DNA of 64,000 bases from Octopus vulgaris (Eukaryota), in the NCBI GenBank assembly GCA_951406725.2, contig OX597821.1:89280001-89344000 (forward strand), in the 5' to 3' direction. Positions 1 to 11,544 of this stretch are shown here, piece by piece (position 1 is the first letter of the stretch; each line of letters begins with the position of its first letter). A program made the position numbers and the translations under genes. Below the pieces are notes generated by a model. It was not told the origin of the DNA, did no database searches, and worked only from the letters and a program-made list of their open reading frames with translations.

Positions 1-758
1 AATGAAACTGTATATCCACCCAAAAGAAGCGATATTCCAGTGTAGAATCAATAACTTTCCATGAACTGTGTGATATGTGATATATGATAGGATACATATA
101 TATTCCGCTATTGACCTTTTTATCATTTCTAATCAGTTTTAACCATATTTGTGCTTCTCTTTTTGTGTGTCTGTTTTATATCAGGTTTTACTTTTCAATT
201 TTCACCAGATTACGTTGTATAAGTAATAAATATATATTGCAACTTGGTCTGGTGAAAGACTTGCATTGAATACTTCTACTGACTTCTGAAAAAGTTCTGT
301 TGACAGCTTGGAAATACTGCAATTCTGGGGATTCTCTTGTGGGGTGTGTAGAATTACATTGACTATAATAAGTTTGGTATGAGCTTTTAATGTCAATGGT
401 TTAGGTCAGCTTTTCTCGCCTTGGGGTAAATTGTAACTGGATTTTCTCGAAGCTAGTCACAAATATCAATAAAATTTTGCATGCAAAGAGATGATTTTTA
501 TATACTTTTACAAAAACCACAGCTTGCTATGCTTATAATCATCAGTTGATAAACAGAATTGTTGGAGATTTTCATCACTTTACCAAGGTTTCGGTGTGTT
601 TGTGGCTTATACACTCAACTCTTAGTTGCTAGGACCAACTTCCAGCTTTCTGGGGAAAAGAATTGCATATAGAACTACAACAATTTCTACTTTGAGGTGA
701 AGAGAATATATACATATATACATTTATCTGTGTGTGTGTGTATACCTATGCAATTTGC

Positions 759-792
<34 letters not shown>

Positions 793-861
793 TATATATA
801 TATATATATACACACATATATATACATATACACATATATATATACATATACATATATATAT

Positions 862-1024
862 AGGCGCAGGAGTGGCTGTGTGGTAAGCAACTTTCTTAGG
901 AACCACATGGTTCTGGGTTCAGTCCCACTGCATGGCACCTTGGGCAAGTGTCTTCTACTTTAGCCTCAGGCCAACCAAAGCCTTGTGAGTGGATTTGGTA
1001 GACAGAAACTGAAAGACGCCCATC

Positions 1025-1068
<44 letters not shown>

Positions 1069-1282
1069 ATGTTTGTGTGTCTGTGTTTGTCCCCCCAACA
1101 TCGCTTGACAACCGATGCTGGTGTGTTTACGTCCCCGTAACTTAGCGGTTTGGCAAAAGAGACTGATAGAATAAGTACTAGGCTTCCAAAGAATAAGTCC
1201 TGAGGTCGATTTGCTTGATTAAAGGTGGTGCTCCAGCATGGTCGCAGTCAAATGACTGAAACAAGTAAAAAGAGAAAAAGGA
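862..1282 (+). mobile_element. tRNA-derived SINE family A (about 400 bp, internal TA/TG microsatellite)
   Basis: Head AGGCGCAGGAGTGGCTGTGTGG..GGTTCAGTCCC, tail GACTGAAACAAGTAAAAGAG; more than 15 copies in the window. Confidence 0.9.
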
Positions 1283-2232
1283 GTCTTTTTTTCCCCCACA
1301 TCCATAACGGATATTTTTGAGGAATCCTTTTCCTGATTTTTTTGTACGTCGTGTTTCCTTCTGCTATGGACTGTAAGGTTAGATTTTGGTTCATTTGTTC
1401 CAATCTAGAAAGAATTCTTGCCCGAATTCTGTATCTTGCTGTAAGGCCGTGTACGAAAATATGACACTTGAACCCCTCAGATATAAGTTCTTTGAGTTTA
1501 AAATTTTCACACATACTGGTAACTGTTCCTGCTTATATGATAAAATCATCATTCTCTTTTTTCGCAATATTCCAACACTCCATTCGAGTGTTAAATAGAG
1601 AAGTTTTATCATCGAACATGTTAGACTTTAATTCTATTTCGTTTTTGGATTTGGCTTGCAAGATTCTTTATATGAGTTTGTGTGTTGAAGCATATTCTGT
1701 TGTGTCTGGGGAGAGTCATTTTTTTTTTGTGCCTGATTATTTAACACACTCACCGGTAAAATTTCCACTTATTTCCGGTGAGTGTGTTAAATAATAAGGC
1801 ACAAAAAGAAAATGACTCTCCCCAGACACAACAGAGTAATTCTATTGTTTCTTTAAAACAAAGTTGATTGGGTTCTTTGGGCAATACGAAATTACAGTAA
1901 CGTTCATGCTCTAACGTAGCTAGTTTTCACAATAATAATCTCACTTTTTGTTTGTCCAACCTTGATTTGCAACCTAACTTAAAAATCTCATCGTACCGTC
2001 CATAGTACGATGCAAAAGTTATACCCTACTTTGGATTATAACTGAATTCACTAATCGAGTTTGAAACGCTATCTGGCGAAAACAAACCTACCTCATTTTT
2101 GGATTTCTTTGAATGTAGGTTAAATAATTGTTGTTGTTGTAATTGTTGCTGTAATGGTTGCTTCTGCGACTTCTGTTGCTGCTCTTGTTGTTGCTTTTGC
2201 AATGGTACTATGGAAGCTAATAGGTCTTCCAT
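1283..2232 (-). pseudogene. Gypsy/Ty3 gag relic
   Basis: Fragments MEDLLASIV..QQQ..FSPDSVSNSISEFSYNP, CNFVLPKEPNQLCFKETIEL, SLFNTRMEC, CENFKLKEL..FKCHIFVHGL..RARILSRLEQ..LTLQSIAE resemble invertebrate Gypsy gag; stops and frameshifts present. Confidence 0.75.
1639..1836. mobile_element. Fold-back insertion inside Gypsy gag
   Basis: Inverted arms of about 63 bp (about 1694-1756 and 1775-1837); TAATTCTATT is duplicated at 1629-1638 and 1837-1846; the gag reading is continuous across the insertion. Confidence 0.65.
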
Positions 2233-2278
2233 TATTTAACAAGTTGTAACACGAACAAATTGTTAAATAGCTTTGAAA

Positions 2279-2290
2279 CCTTCGGCGCCA
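2279..2290 (-). promoter_or_regulatory. Primer-binding site of the LTR retrotransposon
   Basis: TGGCGCCGAAGG lies 2 nt after the LTR end CA on the minus strand, upstream of the gag ATG. Confidence 0.7.
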
Positions 2291-2292
2291 GA

Positions 2293-2905
2293 TGTAACGT
2301 AATCTGTTACAATAAAAAAAGTGAAGGTGCATGGCTCAGTGGTTAGAGCATCGAGCTTATCATTGTGAGGTTGTGAGCTCGAATCCCGGACCGGGCTGCG
2401 TGTTGTGTTCTTGAGCAAGACACTTTATTTCACGTTGCTCCAGTTCACTCAGCTGTAGAAATGAGTTGCGGCATCACGGGTGCCAAGCTGTATCGGCCCC
2501 TTTGCCTTTCCCTTGGATAACACTGGTGGCGTGGAGAGGGGAGGTGGGTATGCATGGGTGACTGCTGGTCTTCCATAAACCACCTTGCCCAGACTTGTGA
2601 CTAGGAGAGTAACTTTCTAGGTGCAATCCCATGGTCAGTGCCGTGACCGAAGGGGGTCCCGACCAACCGACAATAAATAAGATAACCAAACAACAGTAAA
2701 AACAATGTAACAAAATAACAACTCTCTTTACAAACCAACAATCAATATTCCTTGTGAACTAACCACCTGACACCTTCTGACTTTACTGCAAACTAACACA
2801 AACTTCACTCAACTCTGAACTTCTGAACTCACTCAGACCGTTACTATTTATACTTTACTAGGACCAATCTATCTCTCGCAAGGGGGCATCGTAACTCTCA
2901 TCACA
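2293..2905 (-). mobile_element. 5-prime LTR of the Gypsy element (interrupted by a SINE)
   Basis: Minus-strand termini TGTGATG...CGTTACA directly precede the PBS. Confidence 0.65.
2322..2669 (+). mobile_element. tRNA-derived SINE family C (CORE-like centre)
   Basis: A box TGGCTCAGTGG, B-box-like GCTCGAATCC, CTTGAGCAAGACACTT core; ACAATAAA(A/T)AAG-like TSD; second copy at 38843. Confidence 0.85.
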
Positions 2906-3183
2906 ACAAAAATCAAAGCACAAGTTTACGTATTCTCCCCACATGATCTAGGGGACTTCATAGTCAGCCAAAAATTAAACAGTCTTTGGTCAATATTGGA
3001 GAATTTGCAGAAGGCAGTTAGGGCTGGAAGCAGTCATAGTTGAGGTAGAGCTCCCATCTTACCTAACTAAAAAATTCTTTTACCCCCATGTGGGTGTCTT
3101 GGCATGTTTGAATTTGTATTTCTGTGTATCAAAAATTGTTAAATTTTAGTAAATTTCCTTTCTTTCCATCAATTGTGTGTGTA

Positions 3184-3232
<49 letters not shown>

Positions 3233-3505
3233 ATGTGTATGTCAGTGTGTGTGTATAGGTTATACTACTCTGCTAGTATAAAATGTTTTGTATTCTGTGT
3301 TTGGGCCCTTGTGGCCAATAAAGAAATGATTATTATTACTATTGTATTATTTTTGCATTATTGTTATTAAAATATTGAATTTCATTTATATATATTTACT
3401 GTGTTACATACATGCCCACACTTACATATATACATATATGCATTCATAAATACCTACATACATATATACATACACACACACACACACACACACATACATA
3501 TATAT

Positions 3506-3574
<69 letters not shown>

Positions 3575-3772
3575 TATATACATGTATGTATGTATGTATG
3601 TATGTATGTATGTATGTATGAATGTATGTATGTATGTATGTATAAACAACTAAATTTCTATTAAATCTGTTTTGCAAACAAGCATAATAGTTTTATGGTT
3701 TTCCTTTAGTTATTATTAATAAAAATAAAAATATATTTATAAAAATTGTGCATAACTTTACCAATAATGTCA

Positions 3773-3827
<55 letters not shown>

Positions 3828-3831
3828 TAGC

Positions 3832-3871
<40 letters not shown>

Positions 3872-4067
3872 GCATTGATTGTTTCCCTATTGTTTTATTT
3901 TTACTTGCTATAATAATGATGATATTAATAATAATTTCTGCTTTTAGTAGGATACAGAAATGATAATGATGATGATGGTGATGATGATGATGATTATTAC
4001 GATGATTGTGTTATGGGGGTGGTTGTAGTGATGGTGTACATAATGATGATAATGATGATTCATAATG

Positions 4068-4099
<32 letters not shown>

Positions 4100-4394
4100 G
4101 GTGGTAGGAGAATGTAGATAATGATGATGACGATGACAACACTGATGATGATGATGATAATTTCTTTCTAGTTATTTCTTTATTTGTTTATAGTAACGTA
4201 ATGATTCTTAACAGGACTGAGAAGGAAAAAAAACTAAAAAAAAAAAAAACACTCAGAATCTGCCATGAAAAACAATTTTTTTTTTTATTTAATAAGTGAT
4301 AAAAAAAACAAAAAAAAATAGAATGACGTCAATAAAATAAAATAAAAAACACTAAGCAATCCAATAAAATTCTACTATCAGCAACAATAATAAT

Positions 4395-5400
4395 AATGGT
4401 TTATTTTATTGGCCACTAGGGCCCAAGATTGTAAGGACAGTGCAAAAGTAAAATAGAAAACAACAAACAAGGAGCAGTGGTGGCGAGGTGGGGAGGATCA
4501 TATCAGCAATCACAATACGTAGACATTAATACATAAAAATTAATAAATAACAATAATATAAAACAATGAAATAGCAACAGAGGGTCCTTAAAATTAGATA
4601 CAAACACATAGGATGTTCTGGGGGTACCCTATGCACATAACCCTTGAATACTCTGACATACCAAAGGTATTTTCTTTCAGATTTCGCTGCATACCTTCAG
4701 CTGTGTAGGTTTGCTCATTAGGCATACCAATTTCTTCATTCTCACCCAACTTCTATAAACTGTTGCTAGAAGTGTTGCTAGGCGCAGGAGTGGCTGTGTG
4801 GTAAGTAGCTTGCTTACCAACCACATGGTTCCGGGTTCAGTCCCACTGCGTGGCATCTTGGGCAGGTGTCTTCTACTATAGCCCCGGGCTGACCAATGCC
4901 TTGTGAGTAGATTTCGTAGACGGAAACTGAAAGAAGCCTGTCGTATATATATATATGTATGTGTGTGTGTTTGTGTGTCTGTGTTTGTCTCCCCAACATC
5001 GCTTGACAACCGATGCTGGTGTGTTTACGTCCCCGTCACTTAGCGGTTCGGCAAAAGAGACCGATAGAATAAGTACTGGGCTTACAAAGAATAAGTCCCG
5101 GGATCGAATTGCTCGACTAAAGGCGGTGCTCCAGAATGGCCACAGTCAAATGACTGAAACAAGTAAAAGAGAAAAGAGAGTATACCTTCAGCTGTGTAGG
5201 TTTGCTCATTAGGCATACCAATTTCTTCATTCTTACCCAACTTCTATAAACTGTTGCTAGAATTCAGCAGCACCATTTCTAAACCAATCGTCGTCTTTTA
5301 GCATGATGAAGATCTTGAAGAAGTTGATGAGGGTTTGGTCTATCCCATGCAAAAATACATTGTTCATACCCTAAATATACAGAAGGGGCTGCTTGGTATT
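4395..5400 (-). mobile_element. Probable L1/Tx1-type LINE 3-prime relic, interrupted by SINE A
   Basis: QTLINFFKIF..SWVRMKKLV C-terminal-like peptide; end GGCCCTAGTGGCCAATAAAATAAA is also seen at about 3303-3327 on plus. Confidence 0.4.
4780..5181 (+). mobile_element. SINE family A with an 81-bp flanking direct duplication
   Basis: Full-length copy; 4691-4771 is repeated at 5182-5262. Confidence 0.9.
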
Positions 5401-5401
5401 A

Positions 5402-5920
5402 ATCATCATCCTCATCATTGTTTAACATCTGTTTTCTATCTTGGCATGCGTTTGACAGTTTGACAGGGATTGGCTAGCCAGGGATCTGTTCAGACTCCAA
5501 CTGTCTGTTGTGGCATGGTTTCCATGGCTGAGTGCTGAGTGCATTTTATGTGCCACGAGCATGAGTGCATTGATGAAGCACCTGCACAAGTGCATTTTAT
5601 GCGACACTGGCACCTGTGAAGGACTAACCTGTATGTATGGATGATAATGATTTTACATAGTTTGATGTGTCTTATCAACTACTACAAATCACCACTCTGA
5701 AGATCTGAAGATCCTTTCTCACCATTTCATGCCACCTCTTCCTGGGTCTACCCCTTCCACATTTTCCCTCTACAATTAGAGCTTGACATTTCTTCATGCA
5801 GCTGTCGTCATCCATACGCATCACTTGACCAAACCAGCACAGTCTTCTCTCTTGCACACAACATCTGATGCCTCTTACACCCAGTTTTCTTCTGAAATCA
5901 TTTACATCCTGTCATGTGCA
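5402..5920 (-). mobile_element. RTE LINE 3-prime end (RT C-terminus plus family-E-like 3-prime UTR)
   Basis: QERRLCWFGQVMRMDDDSCMKKC..VEGKCGRGRPRKRW is the RTE C-terminal motif; followed by a degenerate family E sequence and (GAT)n tail. Confidence 0.8.
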
Positions 5921-6084
5921 GTAAAAAAACAGAGCAGTTGAAAAAAAACAAAAAAGCAATACAATAAATAACCTTGCGGTTATGAAATGTCTTCTTAGAT
6001 AAGTATAGCTGTATGCTTAAGAAGTTTAGCTTGAAGCCCAGTGCTTTTGGGTTCAGTCACAATACATGGAACCTTGGTCATGTG

Positions 6085-6385
6085 TTTTCTGCTGGGTATG
6101 TGCTGTGGTTTTTTGTGGTACACATATTTTCACTATATTGAAAGCAGTTTATGTAGGATGTGTGCAGTGCCTAGTAGTGCTATTTACTTTTTTATATATA
6201 TACTTGGAAGTCCTGGTGCTTTTCTTATATATTTGTGTGAATGTATTTTTATCATACCTAATACATCAACTACAATAAGAATTGTTTCTGTTTTTAGCCT
6301 CCATATTCGAGTTACCTCTATTTCCATATCTTTTGTTTCTGTTTTTAGGCTACACATTCGAGTTACCTCTATTTCCAGATCTTTT
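6085..6385 (-). mobile_element. R4/Dong-clade LINE 3-prime end next to (TAA)n/(CAA)n
   Basis: KDLEIEVTRIWRLKTETILIVVDVLGMI..IALLGTAHILHKLLSI is typical of the REL-endonuclease C-terminus; contains a 51-bp tandem duplication. Confidence 0.8.
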
Positions 6386-6445
6386 TTATTATTATTGTTG
6401 TTGTTGTTGTTGTTGTTGTCATCGTCGTCGTCGTTGTTGTTCCTG

Positions 6446-6485
<40 letters not shown>

Positions 6486-6608
6486 TATTATTATTTGTGT
6501 CTGTGAGTGGGGAGGGGCAGGTATATATGTGTGCATGCATATGATTGTGTGCTTGCATTTGTTTCTCATCACTCAACAATTATTTTTGATTTGTTTACGT
6601 CCTTGTAG

Positions 6609-6839
6609 CTTAACTTTGCAGCGAAGGGAGACAAAGGGAACAAGTGCCAGCTTCACATGTATGAAATGGCACTGATTCGATTGAATGAATCTTTCAAAGT
6701 GTTGCCCAAGTTGGATGAAATTCAGAATCTTGAATCTAGCACAAGAATAAAAGAAGCAAAAGTATTTAAAAGTCTGGGCAGGATGGGAAACATTTTTTTT
6801 CTTCACTACCCTCTTTATTTTAATCATTTATATTATTAA
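6609..6839 (+). CDS. Weak candidate terminal exon
   Basis: Pyrimidine-rich acceptor ..GTCCTTGTAG, 76 open codons and AATAAA at about 6897; no recognisable domain. Confidence 0.2.
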   Translation, partial: LNFAAKGDKGNKCQLHMYEMALIRLNESFKVLPKLDEIQNLESSTRIKEAKVFKSLGRMGNIFFLHYPLYFNHLYY

Positions 6840-7433
6840 TATTCTTCCCCAAGTTTACATTGTCAATATTCCCAAGCATCTCATTCGTATTCTTGGAATA
6901 AATAAATATATTGTGTTTTCCAGTCCTTCACCAATGTTTTTCAACAATTACTGTTTACAGTTTTTTTTTTCTTTCTCCTTTCTGGTTTTTTTTTTTTTTG
7001 TTTTATAACCACAACTGAATTGCAAATTTTTAACCATTGTATTCAGTGACAGAAATCTGTTTAAAATAAAATCCAGCTAAAAAATCATTACTATTTTTAA
7101 ATTAAAATTGTAGTTTTCTTTCATTATTTTATAAAACAGATTCATGTTTATAAAATTTAATTTTTTTAATCTTTATTGAATGGTTTCTTAGTTTTTCTAG
7201 TTTTACTCCATACCATTTATTTTTCTATGAATTATATAAACCATTTTCTCATTACAATCATGCCAGCACTTGTGCCTCACAGATTATTTATTCTTTGTGA
7301 TTGTATGAAAGGCTGCAAAGATCCAAAATGTTTGAAATGGTGAGCTTAATCTACAATCACATGGCATCTTTGGAAGAACTTCAAATTATAAGTTTATAAT
7401 TTCTACTCAATGATATAAAATATCATTCCATAT

Positions 7434-7540
7434 AGGTGCAGGAGTGACTATGGTACATAGCTTGCTAACCAGCCACATGGTTCCAGGTTCAGTCCCACTG
7501 CATGGTACCTGGGGCAAGTGTCTTCTATTATAGCCTCGAG
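7434..7540 (+). mobile_element. SINE family A, 5-prime fragment
   Basis: Head and core only. Confidence 0.8.
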
Positions 7541-8206
7541 ATTTTGACCTTTAAATTTTGGTAAGAAAATGCAGATTATACTTGAAGATTTACTGTACAT
7601 TTATATTATAGTGATTAGAAATAAGAAAACAAATGAAACTTGAAATCACGAATTTTCACCCATTCATTGATGCCCAATATTTTTAAAATTTTGCGACAGT
7701 TTGTAAGATCATCTTATTTCTGGTCACCTACACTTTTCACATCTCTTTTGCGTGTTTTGATTTTTCTTTAGCTTAATTATGTCATAAAATATCTTCTTTA
7801 TTATATATACAAAGTAGTGAATGGTGATGCCTCATCTAAATCATTTAGATTATTTTAAAGTAAATTATGCAAAGCATACTTTATCATCTATAAGTTTGGC
7901 AAGCAAATTAAGTTTATTGTTTAGGTTAAGTGCTAAGATATTCCATGCATAGAGCATTAAAAAAAGCTAGCAAAAACATATATGCATAGTGATAAATGAT
8001 GATATTAGGTAACAGCTAATATTATATTCCTTTTGTCAGGAATCTTAGGAGACAACATAGGACGTATTTGCTTTTAGTCTTGTTTTTCTCAGAAAAGCAT
8101 AAACTTCACTGCACCTACTTGAAGTGGTGATGAAAGAAACACAAAGGAAATGTATAAGATTATGTTTTACTTTTTAGTCAGAGAAGAAATGGTAGCACAT
8201 GTAACC

Positions 8207-8439
8207 TATTTCTTTACTACCCACAAGGGGCTAAACACAGAGAGGACAAACAAGGACAGACAAACGGATTAAGTCGAATATATCGACCCCAGTGCGTAAC
8301 TGGTATTTAATTTATCGACTCCGGAAATTTGAAAGGCAAAGTCGACCTTGGCGGAATTTGAACTCGGAACGTAACGGCAGACGAAATACGGCTACGCATT
8401 TCGCCCCGCATGCTAACGTTTCTGCCAGCTCGCCGCCTT
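8207..8439 (-). mobile_element. tRNA-derived SINE family B (about 230 bp)
   Basis: Head AGGCGGCGAGCTGGCAGAAACG, B box GAGTTCAAATTCC, GTCGACTTTGCCTTTCA core; 18-bp TSD ATGGTAGCACATGTAACC at 8189-8206 and 8445-8462. Confidence 0.9.
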
Positions 8440-9329
8440 GTTACATGGTAGCACATGTAACCGTTTAGTTTCCAAGATCTCTGTGACTAACAAGAGGAAG
8501 GGAGAATGCTGCAATAGAATTAACTTTACTGACAGTACCTAAAGACCAGACAATGGGGTTAAACTGGACAATAGATAACACTAGCCATCAAAGAACCCAG
8601 AATGCAAAGATTCACAATAAATTCCATAATAAATCTCTTACAATACTCTAACAATTCTGCAAATCTATTACATTGGACTGTTTCTCTATCGAGCCTGAAG
8701 GGATGAAAAGTAAAGTTGATTTTGTTGGGATTTTAACTCAGAATGCAAAGAGCCAGAACAAATACTGCAAGGCATTTGGTCCTCTGCTTGTATATTTTGT
8801 TGGTAATGGAAATCGATTTATTTTGAAATTGAACACTTCAGAGCTGAACCTGATAATAAAATACATTTACATTATTGGAACAAGTGAATTTGGATTGAAT
8901 TATTACAGTGTGTTCTCATATGAGAGTGTGAGTGTCTGAGAGGAGCCAAGCCTATGTTTGTTTTCAAGTATCAATGAAGAAACATCTTGAAATTTCTACT
9001 GTTTTTCATATGAGTACATTGACAAAAACACTGCAACCATTGATTTACAAATGTATGGTTCTTCCTATTTTATCACTGTGACAACTGTCTTTACTCTTCT
9101 GAACCAACTAGCTGTATATGCTCACAACCTATTCCACATAAATCCAAAAATGTTCATCCCATTACATTTACTGCATTTTATCTCCAAGATTCCTGAGAAA
9201 ATGTTTCACGGCCCTTTCTATACAAAATTATTACTAGCTGAAAACCATTTCTGTTTGTGCTTTTTTTTCTCTCTGTTGTTGTCTTCCTGGAATTCATAGT
9301 AAACCTGAACTGTATCAGCTTCAACACTT

Positions 9330-9605
9330 ATAGTTTAGTTAGTTAGTTAATTTTTTGGCTCAAAAAGCAAAAAGCAAGGCCATGTAGGGGGACATGGAGT
9401 TACGTACAGGGTGGTGTTCATGTAAAGAGTTCAGGCCATTTGAGGTCAAGGGAGACTTTGAACCGAGCGGTCGTCGGCATCTTCCCCATCTCGTCCGGCA
9501 GCTTATTCCACGGATCCGCAACCCGGACAGAGAAAGCCCCTCTCCTTCGATTGAGATGAAATCATCGCAGATAGAGCTTTTCGGAATGACCCCGCAGCCG
9601 ACACT
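9330..9605 (-). mobile_element. CR1/L2-group LINE 3-prime end
   Basis: GHSEKLYLR.FHLNRRRGAFSVRVADPWNKLPDEM..FKVSLD followed by a short UTR and (TAAC)n tail. Confidence 0.8.
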
Positions 9606-9899
9606 GTTTAGGTATAACAGTCAGACCGTTTACTGTTATATGGATCACCTCACTCATCAGCCTCAGATTACATTTGTTGAATATAGAAACCTTTTCATTC
9701 GCAAGTTCGTTTCTATTCATGTGATTTGAAACTGCAAGCCATCATCTCTGTACAGGTGTATTTCAGCTTGAGAGTAACAGTGAAAGTGAAACTTTTAGGA
9801 GCAAACTTCCCAGGATATCATACTTAGATCCACATCATCTAAGTCACTCCAGAATCCTCAACAGTATGCTATTGTCTATCTATATCCAATTCATTGAGT

Positions 9900-10960
9900 G
9901 CCATCAAATATATATCAATTAAGATCAGCATAAGGACATGTTTATTGTTTTTCAAGGAATCTTTCTTCACCAAGGTCATATAGATCTACCTATAGCTAAT
10001 ACTGAAACAATAAAGTCCTCACCAATGACAGCAGTGAATCCTAGACAATCTCTTCTCTCAAAATAGAAAACGATTTTAAATTGCTGTAACTGTCATAAGC
10101 TGCATAACAAAAGCAATGTTAACAAAGGTTGCTACAAATGCAAGAAGAACATGGCTAGTGCTATCAAAAGGCATAAAATATTACAACCAAATATAAAATG
10201 AAAGAATCCAATATTCAATATAGATCTTTTATCCTTAAAGGCAAATGTCAAGAAAATATAATACTTTCCATGGTGATGTTTCCACCAACAAGATATCAAC
10301 AAATTACATAGGACTTATGGATCACTTCTTCAAAAGTTGCCAACACCAGCACAACAGGCTGTTTCATTATTTCTTTACTACCCACAAGGGGCTAAACATA
10401 GAGGAGACAAACAAGGACAGACAAAGGTATTAAGTCGTTTATATCGACCCCAGTGCGTAACTGGTACTTAATTTATCGACCCCGAAAGGTTGAAAGGCAA
10501 AGTCGACCTCGGCGGAGTTTGAACTCAGAACGTAACGGCAGACGTTTTTGCCAGCTCGTCGCCTTTATTGTTACCTGTAACCTGGAAAACATCGCAGAAA
10601 TGTCAATGTGGAACTGAAATTGGAATGTAAAAGGTGAGACCACCAAAAACAAATCTATGAACTGATCAAAGTGCTACAATTTCTGTCTTACAGAGAAACA
10701 CTATATTATCCGCTACTCTATAGCAACCTTAACTAATAACAAAAACACTAAACTAAATTTTACTTTCTGACACATACGCAAATGTTTCCATGCTAATTTC
10801 AAGAAATACACCTTCATAATTGATGACACTCTAAACTGCTTCCTTAGTCTATTCTGCTCTTTTCCATTGGGCTGAAGTGCTTTATGAGGAGAAGAACTGA
10901 GTGACCAGAACCACAACCCAGCTTGTAATCATTGTAGCCTTCACATACATTGACATATAT
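9900..10960 (+). pseudogene. Penelope-like GIY-YIG endonuclease relic
   Basis: NYIGLMDHFFK..H..LF and SKCYNFCLTEKHYII..NKNTKL..HIRK resemble Penelope C-termini; split by SINE B. Confidence 0.6.
10368..10565 (-). mobile_element. SINE family B (internal deletion)
   Basis: Matches 8207-8439; inserted in a Penelope relic. Confidence 0.9.
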
Positions 10961-11544
10961 TAAACACTGCACATTATCAACATATATTTGTATATTTTGA
11001 GAAATTTATCATTAATAAAAGATGTAAAATTTACATTTTTATTGAAATATGCAACTGGTTTCAATATGAAAGTGGAAAATGATTTGAATTAAATTTAATT
11101 AATCTTTTATGATAGTAGTATCCAAAACACATTTTACGCTTGTCTTTTCATACAAAATTAATAAGACAGTGGTTGTTGGTCTCCTTCTGATGGCTGTGGG
11201 GTCAAGGTAGTTGTATCAGTTTTAGCAGTGGCAGCTGCCTGTTGTTTCTTACTGGCAATGTTGATATCAAGAAGAAATTTGCAATGGTAGAAAAATCATA
11301 TGGTAGATTTCAGTAGTTGTTGTAGCAACAGAAATGGCTGTAGCAGAAGCGACTCTATTGACCTTCCAAGTAGAAGCAGCAATAGCAGCTTAAGCAGTAG
11401 AATTTATGAAAATAATAGATGTAGTAGAAGTAGAAGTAGTGGCCATAGCAGTAGTAGCAGCAGTAGTAACATCAGCAGCAGTGGTTATAGTAACAGCAGA
11501 GACAGCGGCAACAATAGCTTTAGTACCAGTAACCTTTTTTGCTG

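Noticed and set aside
1-690. Possible Penelope RT/GIY-YIG relic on minus (VYKPQTH, NSGIY)
   Set aside because: Motifs are too degenerate to support a feature call.
7740-8150. Possible hAT transposase C-terminal relic (also about 15790-16250)
   Set aside because: Only faint peptide resemblance, with no TIR or TSD identified.
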